64,000 nucleotides of DNA from Ophelia neglecta (taxonomy: Eukaryota). This document shows, one piece after another, positions 53,463-64,000 of this stretch. The stretch is from positions 47,120,001 through 47,184,000 of the forward strand of contig OZ260666.1 in the NCBI GenBank assembly GCA_965285935.1. Reading direction: 5' to 3'. Position 1 is the first letter of the stretch. Each line of letters opens with the position of its first letter. A program made the translations under genes and the position numbers. The notes beneath the pieces are model-generated. The model searched no databases, was not told the origin of the DNA, and saw only the letters and a list, made by a program, of their open reading frames with translations.

Positions 53463-55531
53463 TTTTGCCAGGGCAGGTTTTTGAGACACACATGTTTACT
53501 ATCCCTTTTAAGTAGCTTTTAAGCACTTCTACAAGGCCTTGTTATATATATGGTAACCTGGTAGCTCTCCAGCATTCATTATTGGTGATCAGGAATATTT
53601 ACTTATTTATCATTGTTTTTATAACTATCTGAATATTGGTCTTAGTTCACAATCATAAATATGATTAAGAATTCAAGGGTAACGTGTTTACCATGATAGA
53701 ATGTTGTTTGTAGTAAATTTATATACATTTATACATTTAAACTAAGACTTTCAAGTTATGCAATGCACATGGCTGGTGCCATTTTGCGCTACTATGTGAT
53801 GTAAAGCAGCATTCTAGTTTGGGATTACTTCTCTTCTAAAATTATATTGTTGCAATGATAGGTTCTTTGACAAATCTAAACAATAATGTTTTAAAGGCAC
53901 TCAATCTTTAGTTTTCTAAACATATGGACTGCATTCTTCACCTATAATCTGTGGCAAGAAATAGCAATAGTCATGAAGTAATCAAGGACTGTCATGTCTG
54001 AGGTTTTCTTTTTGTAATAAAAGAATATAATTATGTCATATTTCAGAGGCAGTCCTGTATTATTGTCACCATACTGCCACAATGAAGCTGCCAGGTCATG
54101 ACTGGGCACTAGCAATTGCCAACCGCTTTTCTCTTTTCTTTAATGAATATTAAACAGAGAAAATAAAGTAAATAATAGTAGTGTAAAGAGCAAGATTTTA
54201 GGTCCCTTGACCCCTGAAACTCTCAGAGTTAAGGGCTAGTGTGCCCTGAGGTGTTGATTTTCGAAATGGGCAGCTCATTTTCTTATTGCAATTAGATTTA
54301 TTGTTAATTTTAGTGTAAAATGTGAAACCAATGATTGCGCTTACAATTTGACCTCCCAAGAGGGCATACTCTTTTTAAGTATGTGTACTAATGATAAACT
54401 TGTTGATTGACTAATAATTTAGTGGAAAAAGGGGCAGTCTTGAAATTAAGGGCATCTGCAAATTAAAGAGCAAAAGTGCTCAGTCTGACGACTGCCCTTA
54501 ATTCACAAGTTATACTGAATTCTAAAGGCTAAACATACCAGTGCATACTACTTGTAGTTGAATTTTGCAAAACCTTATTGTTCTTTTTAAATTCGGACAA
54601 GCCTGACATAAACAGATTGCACAATATCGCCAATGCCGGAAATAGCGTCTGCTAGGACTGTGCTTTTTGGCAGTCAATTAGTATGGTAAATAAGCTGAAG
54701 AAACACTGAATTTGCAAGGAACATAAAAAACACCAGGTTAGCTACTCATACTGCTGCAAAAAAGCAGTAAGTAGAAAATACCATATTCCAGTAAAACTAA
54801 ATATTGGGTGCCTTCAATTAATATGTTCCACTAACCAATTGTTTCTCACTTTTATGAGAGAAAAATTCATAGTTTTCATTTAAAGGGTGTTTGTCTGACA
54901 ATTAGAGTTGGCGTTTTGTTATCTTTGATATTTATGTCTTAAAATAATTTCTCAAATGACTCCATATCAAACGTACATAAATTTATTGGCAGAAAATACT
55001 AGCATATTCCTTTGTACATGTGTGGTGCCTTTTGTACAATAAATGAGTATGATTATTGTACAGCTTGAACTTTTCATGAGTCTAGGAAACACTTAAATAT
55101 ATCACAAATATAATACAAAATAGCACAAATATAAAAAAACAAAATACGAAATATCACAAACAAAATACAAAATTGTCAGATACATGATTCATATATATAA
55201 ATCAAGTCTGCAATGGCAATGTTCCAATTCAATCAGACAGCCACTGATATCTGAGTCATTCTACTTTCTATATTTCATGTCAAATGATTGCATTGAAAAA
55301 TTACAATTCCTTGGCTATTAAGTTTACAAATTTTGAATGAAACTTAATTACTTCATGGTTATGCAAATTTGCAAATTGGTAATGCCAAGGCAAAATGATA
55401 CATTCCACTAAATACTTGCCATGGTGCTTTGATTTTATCTTTTTGATACAGCCATTAAATGTGCAATATTAAATATGGGAAATGTGAAGGTTTTACAGTA
55501 TGTTGTAGTCCAGCTGTATCCCCTTACGTTC

Positions 55532-56008
55532 CTAGTTTTTTGACGCCACTGACATAGGTGTGGTGATGGCTGGAGTTATTTCACCTTCTCCAGATGAAGA
55601 ATTCCACTCCCATGGTTTTAAACTCACTGGAAAAAAAAACATTGCAAATATAGTAGACAGTTTTGTGTGAAGACAACAAATTTTATTGCCATTAATTAAT
55701 ACACAGATTGCCTCTTGAAACTAATTATGTGTATTTATGCAAATTTGCTAGTGGCCTTATTAGTTTAAGTTCCTGAATGTAAACCACAATTGGCAATACA
55801 ATTGTATGTTCCAGTATTTAAAATTTGTCATCATTAGGAATTAACTTTTAACAAATCAGGACGAGTCTAGAACTATTGATTAGGGATAAGAACATCTACT
55901 CTGGTTTTAGTTCTACAGGTGCTGTCCTTCCATCTGGTGATGCAGGTTTAGGAAATCCATATGATATTAAACACATGTCCATACCCTATACATACATACA
56001 TACATACA

Positions 56009-56040
<32 letters not shown>

Positions 56041-56634
56041 AATTACCTAACTTTGATTTATTGAATTAAAATGATTGTCTACTTACCTACAACTATGATT
56101 ATTATAACAATCACTGCTGCGACACATATCCCAATGATGCATAGCAGACGTTTAGTGTTCTGCCACCAGTACTTCTTCTTTAAATTTTGACCGCTAGTCT
56201 TGAATTGTTTAGCATCATCTTCCAATTGCTCTACATACAGTCAAACAAATTTGTTTCATGATAATGACTAAATTAGCTGCTTTCTTTTTGTGCGCTTCTT
56301 TCATCATGTAGCAAACAAAGGAAAGAGCCACCAGTACCTAAATTCTTCCTAGCTAGTAAAAATTTACTAATGAGATGGACATTTATAATCCTTCAAAAAA
56401 TTTATGAAAATAAAAACGATGCAACAATTAAATGTCAACAAAAATCAGTAGGCCCTATAACTAGAGTTGGCGCTGACTTAAAAAAGCCACTTGCCTGCCC
56501 TGTCATTTAACACTTCAAGTTTCTCTCCTCTCTCTATCACCATATTGACATTATCTTTCATGAGGCCTGCTGTCTCGTCCACCTCACCCTGGAGCTTACG
56601 TATCTGGTCATTGCTACTGGAATACTGATAAGAC
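55532..56634 (-). CDS. VAMP/synaptobrevin-family R-SNARE, copy A (first exon not identified), with luminal C-terminal tail
   Basis: Exons 56634-56495, 56230-56087, 55626-55532: SYQYSSSNDQIRKLQGEVDETAGLMKDNVNMVIERGEKLEVLNDRAEQLEDDAKQFKTSGQNLKKKYWWQNTK, then TM (LLCIIGICVAAVIVIIIIVV), then VSLKPWEWNSSSGEGEITPAITTPMSVASKN*. Zero-layer Arg and the WW juxtamembrane motif are intact. Confidence 0.9.
55988..56037. repeat. (TACA)n microsatellite in a VAMP copy A intron
   Basis: About 12 TACA units read directly. Confidence 0.92.
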
Positions 56635-58998
56635 CTAGAATATCAATATCAATATCAGATTAGAAAAGAAAACTGAAAGACAACTACCTGGTATATGGTT
56701 ATAATTAAACTGTGCTGATGTTATGTGTCCAATTTATAAATTCAAATTGTAGTAAAAAACTCTTGTTTTAGGTCCAATGTTTAGACATATAACATTAACC
56801 CCTCCAAACCCTTGCCATGTGACATACATGTATGCAGTCTGTCCCTACCAGCTAGACCTTACAAATCAGCTCGTTTCAAATGTTTAAGTTCCTGAATTGT
56901 CCTATAAAATGTGTGTATGTATTAACTTACATGTTATATTGATCCTCTTTTATCTGGTATATTCTGATCCAAACATTCACTTCTTGGGTGGTTTAATTTA
57001 TATCCAGATGTATTTACACTATAATCAAACAGCACTGACAGTGCTGTAAGTTGATCTTTATTGTGCCTATCAATTCTCAAAGTGAAAATACTGATTTATC
57101 AAAATGAAAATGAAATTGGCATATATATATATATATACTGGACACTGGTTCAGGAGCCAAGTGTGATTACACATCTGCTGCCCTAGCAAGATATCCATAG
57201 CATGTTACTTTTCATGCACACATGAGTATGCACTATCTTTTTTTAGACTTTGAACGCAACATTGATGATTCATTCGAAGCTACCTAGGCCTGCATAACAT
57301 GTTCATGTAGACTAAGTGTATTATGCCTGTATTGAAGGCACAAGAGAGGAACAATTGCCTTATAGAAATATTAAACACATAATTTGTTTATAAAAATAAA
57401 TTTAAACATTTCCTAAAACATAAGGCATGTACATTTAAATGTATTTAAAATATAGGCATACATATATGTATGATAAATTAAGCAATATTTGTATGTACCG
57501 GGTATACGTTATATTCTGTTTATTAAGATTATTGTATCTAGGTAAAATCTCTATTTTATATTTTATAAAACTGTCGCAGCTCTTTAACCTAATTACCGGT
57601 ACACATCCTTTTGAGGTAAGGTATTTTTCGATAGAATGGTTTTATATGATATATGCTAGCTAATACAACGGGAATATGTTCTGAACCAACTCGTGCAGGT
57701 AAACGATACCATACTTTATGTCTACATCGCGGTACTAACTCAAGATCTGTGACATTTAATACTAGGATATGAATCAAATACTTGGATAATGTTATTTGGA
57801 AGAAAATCAATTGATCAGACAATCCCAGTTAGTCTTTATGATTGAGTAATTACACAGTTGAACCTTTAAACTCATTCTACATATTGATTAAGCCATTTAG
57901 TGACATTTATATTCAGGGGTAAAATGGTTAATGGAAATTGGCTTGTTATGAATGAATTAAACATTTTTGTTTTGAATTTATGCATATATGAATGGAACTT
58001 TTGTTCTGAATTTGTGAACAAAGATGATGACAAAGTGGCTTAGAAATAAGTGTCTGTGATTTTTGACAGCTCATTGTTTTACTGACAATCTGGATATAGC
58101 TGTAAGATACAGTAATGTTTGTGGTATCAATTGATAACTCAACTCACAGATTTCTATCTTATTCTTACAAGACATGTGTTACTATAGACACATACAATTC
58201 AATAAAAAAGAAGCATGTACAGTTTGCACGTAATAAGTCTTAAATTAAGCAATACCACAATCATAACATAATATTTTCGGCATTATTGGATAGAAATATC
58301 ATTGGAAATGAGTCACACACATAATCACCAAGTTATTCTATCACAATATAACCAAATCTAATCGCCCTCAAACTTAAAATAGTAAAAAGATATGTATAAC
58401 TTACTTGAATTGAATAAAAGTAAGAGTACTTTACTGATTAATGTAATAACTAAAGAATATCATTTTTATCAGGAAGCTTTAATGAATTAACCTAAATGTT
58501 CCAACTAATTCCGTTCTGAATTATTGCATATGATAAAAATATTAAATGAACGTACTGAAATGAAATATTCAAACAAATAAAAAATGCACGACACATTATT
58601 TACTTCATGGTGCCTCAACTGTGAAAGCTAGAGATTACATTAGTACACAGAAAGTGCTTATATACATTTATGGAGAAAATATAAAAAAGAAAACATTAAA
58701 ATAAAATTTGTTAAAAATAAAATGCATATTACAAAATTGCTAACAATTAACTTATAAATAGTACTTAAGTGTTAAGTAACAGAATCTTGATAAGTTGAGT
58801 TTATGTAGTGAGTAACCATTGAGAATTCCTAATATCTTTTTGCACACCGGCCCAGGTTAGACTGTGTTTGTCTTATAAGTTGGCCAGCAAGTGCATGGCC
58901 AGATATACATCTACATGCGGCAAACTACTATATATAATAAAATCAAAGGCATAGTGAGTGATTACAATGTCAGGTTCTTTATTTCTCCCATACTGGTT

Positions 58999-60266
58999 CT
59001 ACTGGGGATACTGTTTAACAGTTTTTGAAGTTGTAGCAGCCTGGCTTGAATGAGAGTTCCATTCCCATGGTTTCAAACTCACTGAAACAAAAAAAAACCA
59101 GAAATTATTGTATTCATTTGGATAAAGCCTGGTTTAATATACATGTACATGTAAGTACCCTATATAGTACATGTACTCAAGCCTCATTGGTAAGAAATAC
59201 TTTACATGTACATGTATATATATATATATGTAATTGCATGGGTTTTAATATAAATTTATTTTATGTGCAATGTGATTTTCCTTTTTAAATTCAAAATTTC
59301 ATAATATAAATTGTTCTGTTTCAATCATGACAATGGTGCATATTTACTTTGGAAGGGGGGGGGGGCTGCATATTATTAATTAATTAATATGTAATTTTAG
59401 TATATTTTTCTGTGAATATACACTAGTAGTTTGAATTAAATAAGTAACAATTGAAGGTATGCTGGTAATTAACAAATTGGGCAAAAATCACAACTTTTTG
59501 ACTCTGTTGCAAGTTTTCATAAGACCTGAGGTGCACTAAAATGATGATAATATTTTTTGACTTGTTGCTTGATTAACAACTAACCTAAAACTATTGCTAA
59601 AGAAATGATCACCACAGCAGCACCTATCCCTATATACCATAGTACATGTTTATTCTTCTGCCTCCACGACTTTTTCTTCAGCTCGTCACTGCATTTATGG
59701 AACAGTCCTGCTTGGAGTTGTAATTTATCTGCCCAGTAACAATTTTAGTTTCAGTAAATTAAGTTTGCATACATTTCAACTATAATTTTAGGATGTAATA
59801 CAGGTAGTCTGTTTTTGTTTGTTGGAGACAATATTAATGGAAACTGGAAACTAGTATCAATTTATTATAAATGGAAATTTAAGTTAAGGAAAGCATAATT
59901 AATGTATTTGTTCCATGCAATATTTGCATTTTGGTGTGAACTTGCAACATTATTGGGAGTAGTTGCTGGTAAGCTTTTAAGAATTATTAATCAATCATCT
60001 AGAGAAATTAAATTTATAACTTTTTATGGGAATTAATTTTTTTCAATTTCAGGATATATATCCTACAATTGTTTGCCAATTAAATACTTATAATTTGTAG
60101 TATAACCTGCTTACCAGCAATTCCTTCTAGCTTTTCCAAATTTTCTCCCCTCTCTATAATCATGATGGCATTATTTTTCATGATTTGTGCTAACATTTCT
60201 GCAGCCTTTTCATATTCTTGCTGGAGCTCACCAGTTTTGTCACTATTACGGGAAGTTGAGGAAGTC
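58999..60266 (-). CDS. VAMP/synaptobrevin-family R-SNARE, divergent copy B (first exon not identified)
   Basis: Exons 60266-60115, 59728-59585, 59081-58999, same phases as copy A: TSSTSRNSDKTGELQQEYEKAAEMLAQIMKNNAIMIIERGENLEKLEGIADKLQLQAGLFHKCSDELKKKSWRQKNKH, then TM (VLWYIGIGAAVVIISLAIVL), then VSLKPWEWNSHSSQAATTSKTVKQYPQ*. Confidence 0.85.
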
Positions 60267-60544
60267 CTGTAGGAACAAATATATAATAGCTGTTAATATA
60301 TCTAATATAGAGGCCCTATAGCACATGGCCTTTTAAAACTGAAAATCTCCCATATAGAGCTATAAATATTTTAAAGAATTTCCCACCATGTTCTAAAATG
60401 CGTAAAGGACACAAAAGACATAACTTAACAAATTTCTCACTGATACACCTACATTTTTAACCCTTTTTTTTTTCAAACGGCTTTATATCTTGAACTGATT
60501 AATTTTCTTATTCTGCTTTGAATAAAACTACTCCATGAATCCAT

Positions 60545-60881
60545 GCGGTGCTCGCTCGTCGCCACGTGCTTGTATTTACATCACGTGACACGGACTGATT
60601 TTTGGTACGAGGCAATTGTACTTGCGAAATGATTCTAGTAATCAAAAAAAGAGTCAAGCATTCATCTTTGTATTATTAACGACCAAGTAAAGTCAGAAAA
60701 AATAATTATAATCGATTTGGTTATTTTCAAGTAATACGACTTAGTTGCCGTAAAGCTAATCCCGACATGCGCATGAGCTGTGGAATTTGGCGCGACAAGG
60801 GGTGAATGTCAGTAGCGCACGTGGGTAAAAGTGCCCCAAAATTCACTTTTCCGTCTTGATTGTCTCTAAAATCAGAAGAAG
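60545..60881. promoter_or_regulatory. CpG-rich bidirectional promoter between VAMP copy B (-) and importin-7 (+)
   Basis: E-boxes CACGTG at 60563, 60582 (TCACGTGA) and 60818; ATGCGCAT palindrome at about 60767; E2F-like TTTGGCGCG at 60786; pyrimidine run CTTTTCC at 60846. Confidence 0.6.
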
Positions 60882-63800
60882 ATGGATATCAATAAGCTAG
60901 TCGAAGTTCTGAGGGCAACATTAGTTCCCGATCAGCGAGAGCGAGCAGAGCAACAGCTCGATGAGGTAAGAGAAAGACACGTTTTACAATTCAATATGGC
61001 TTCCGGCAACCATGCTTGAATTGACACAATGTGAATTTCTCTAACGTAATTGACATCTTTGATGTTTATATATAGTAGAGACCATACTGTATAGGCACAT
61101 TGAAAACAAATCTTCCTTTTTGCCGTGATACTCTTTGTAATTCTTCGGGCGAAGTTGTATTTTATATATCTTTGATCTGTTTAGCCGGAATGTAGTGCGA
61201 CCTGTCAAACTTCCAACATGCGTCGCGTTAATATCGGTGGGTGTACATACTGTACTGGTAAATGTCTGACAGCCTCTAGAAAGTATGTCCACGTGCTCAT
61301 ATCTGTCAGGCATATAACAAGTGTTACCGCACTTAAGGTAAATTGTAGTTAAGCCCAGTCAGGGTCAATAGTGGAAATCCAATAAAAATACACAAAATAT
61401 TGATATTGAAAGGGAAGAGGATATACACACGCCTGGCATGTGTATTGTGGTTCAGGATTCTGTTTGGCATGAGATTAAGACAACTCCTGTTAAGCCTAAC
61501 CTAAACTAAACACATTGGATTGTATTTAACAGCATACAGTGAAATCTGCCTTAAAGACCACCTGCATATTCAGACCACCTGCCAATTCAGAACACTATCT
61601 TCAAGACCCTAATGAGCACTTTCAAATAAGTTAAATAACTGGTCTAATCAGACCACCTCCAAAATCAGACCAATATTTTACCGTCCCTTGGGTGGTCTTA
61701 ATTCACAGGTTTCACTGTTATCTGTTTAATACCAATTACCAAAGCCTTTGTGTCTAGACAATGTCTATTAAAAGCTCCAGTTGAACTTGGCTGTGAATGG
61801 CTACTCATCTATCAACAAAGCATTTCAATGTGAAATTACAATGTCCATGGATTGAACAACTTATGAATAATTTCTATGTCCCTCTATGTGACCTTTACAG
61901 AAATTACACTGTAAAATAGTCTCCTGGGCAACTTATGGGACAGTCAACTTGCCATGCAAATGTTTTGTTTTCCAAGGCAAGTTGGTCATTGGAGCTTTTG
62001 GCTCGTTTGGTCGAAATGAAAACTTCTTAGGCAATGTGCTATTGTTTGCATTTTTCACCATTAAGCAGTTATTAAGTTTGTTCCACCAAATGTGTAAATA
62101 GGAATTATCACTTACTAGGAAATTGCAAGTAGGATAAATCCATTTTTCATAGATCTATGCTGAAACAGTATATCTTTGCTTTGAGCCATATGTAAAGTGA
62201 AGAGCCACTAATATATCTGTCGCTTGAAACTGTCACATTACTTCCAAGTAGCGAGCCACTAATGTGCTAGTCATGTGCAGTTAAGTGCATGCATTTTCAG
62301 AAGCCTTTGTCTAAACTATGGACCGAATACACATAGCCTAGAGAGTGCCGGAAATTCTTACACTTCACAGCCCCAAGTTTCCAATTGCTGGAGACAATAT
62401 TTTCCAGGCAGCCCAGCTGTGCAGCTTCGCAGAGTGCTCAAATAGATTCAATAGAACAGTGTCAAAGGATTGTAAAAAATGAATAGTTGTGGTAATATAT
62501 AACAACAATTTTTGTTGATTTTCAGCTTCAAGTCTAAAAGTAGGAAAAGCATGGCAGTGGGTACTGATAATAATATTAGATAACATGATTTTAACTGCCC
62601 CTGTTGTTATATAGCAGAAGAAGCTCATCAAAAGATTACGTGTGGAAAAACTTTTGTGACCCAATGTGTCCCATTGTTTCTACCCCAAAGTGGAAAAAGG
62701 TAAAATACTTTTCAAAGCAAGGAATATCTCTGATATCAGTGTTCCTTTGAGGATGGAAGTAAAGTGGCCCACCAATTTGAAATTAAGTTGGACATTTGCT
62801 AAAAATCTTTGGCCAATGTTTTTTCATTTTACTTTAAAATTAATTTTTCAAAACTTTATTTATTTAGATGCACTGTTACAGTTACCTATTGCACAACTGA
62901 TGTGTTCAGCCACTTTTGTCATACATGATGAGGAATAAGACACGGTAATAAAAATGATAACAGCATGGTAAATCGAGGTTTTGCCTGCTGATACCCCCCC
63001 CCCCCCCTTCGTGCAATGATACTCGTATATCTTATTTTATGCCTGACATACTTCATTGAGGGGTTCTCATTAATTATAACTTGGGTCACAGTCTGACATA
63101 CTTTTACAGGGTGAATTGAGTCAGAATTATTTCGAAGCACATCTACAAGTCACAATATGTATACCCTGGCTGGGGCTCAAATGAATTTGATGTGTGCCCT
63201 TCACCTACTTAAGGTCAACATAAAAAATAAAGTCGAATCTCAAAACTAGCCCCAATTTGAGGTCAACAAAGATCATTCATTACATATCTTACTATGACAG
63301 TCACTGGCAGTCATTTGGCACTCGGTGACAATAGGCAGCCTCTGGCTACTTGTTTCCAGCTCTTGTAAGAAAAAAAATAAAACTTAAATCATCTGTAGCA
63401 ACCTGCTGGTAGCAACTTATTCCTGTAGCTTTAATAGATTTTTTTCCTTATCAGCATTCATATGTCTTAAATATCAGTGGAGCTCCCATGATTGCTAGGC
63501 CATAATTTTATCTGATTCAGCAACACCAGTTTACCAAGTTAAAGAAAAGCAACTTTCATTGACTTCAATAACCGGATTACACCATTTCTTGTATCAAAAC
63601 TTGAACATGCTTCTTAGTATTTTCAGACCACCTCAAATATAGTTTTTAGGGCATCGAAAGGTTGCTAGGCCCCAATAGGGGTGGGTTACCCAACCCCCGT
63701 GGGAGAGCCCAGACTTTAATCATTTTTGTGGCCATCTGGACACAATGACTCAACACTGACAAAAATACTTAGATACTTTCACTATAACTGGGTTTATAAT

Positions 63801-64000
63801 TCTTTCTCCAGTTTAGAATACACAGGCATGATAATTTTACGCAGATTCGCGGATTTGTTTTTTGCCCCCCCCCCCCCCCTTTGAAACCGCCCGGCATGTC
63901 CATTTGCTTTTCAAAGTTTCCCATACTCTTCCCTGAACAGAACAGTTATTGATTGCTGTGATTTCAGGTTCACAAGATAATAGGATTCACACCAACCCTC
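60882..64000 (+). CDS. IPO7: Importin-7 (importin-7/8 family), 5' part; runs off the window
   Basis: Exon 60882-60965 gives MDINKLVEVLRATLVPDQRERAEQQLDE|gtaaga; the next exon from 63968 gives VHKIIGFTPTL. This matches the recalled importin-7 N-terminus (human [31 protein letters not shown]). Confidence 0.88.
61537..61717. mobile_element. MITE, CAGTGAAACCTG family, in importin-7 intron 1
   Basis: ta-CAGTGAAATCTG ... CAGGTTTCACTG ends, internal AGACCACC repeats; inverted relative to 3646-3828. Confidence 0.78.

Noticed and set aside
62925-62991. C/D-box snoRNA in importin-7 intron 1 (ATGATGA ... CTGA)
   Set aside because: No terminal stem, no rRNA-complementary guide I can recognise, and about 1 kb from the 3' splice site. 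A snoscan or Infernal hit would be needed.

Overview
AT-rich, intron-rich animal genomic DNA; gene and repeat types suggest a lophotrochozoan, possibly a mollusc (inference). Seven spliced protein-coding loci were reconstructed by hand from splice sites and reading frames. (1) An inositol 1,4,5-trisphosphate 3-kinase of the Drosophila IP3K1 type (+, 7839-16012) with a second candidate N-terminal exon and a U12-type intron. (2) eIF1/SUI1 (-, 22772-25037) with the poor start context used for autoregulation. (3) SETD2 (+, about 31949-46597; start unresolved) with a 4.7-kb exon, a probable proline-rich cassette exon and a GC-AG intron. (4) An intact 214-aa CPTP/GLTP-fold gene (+, 48321-52460) whose phosphate-headgroup residues are all replaced. 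(5, 6) Two tandem, divergent VAMP-type R-SNAREs (-, 55532-56634 and 58999-60266) that share an identical luminal motif, VSLKPWEWNS. (7) The 5' end of importin-7 (+, from 60882), head-to-head with the VAMP pair. Introns and intergenic DNA hold a full-length tRNA-derived SINE with an 11-bp TSD, several MITEs and a 46-bp minisatellite. Most short ORFs in the supplied track are spurious, antisense shadows or partial exons. No prokaryotic-type systems are present. The best candidates for undescribed biology are the VAMP pair with luminal tails and the degenerate-site CPTP paralog. All homology statements are from recalled sequences and manual alignment, not database searches.
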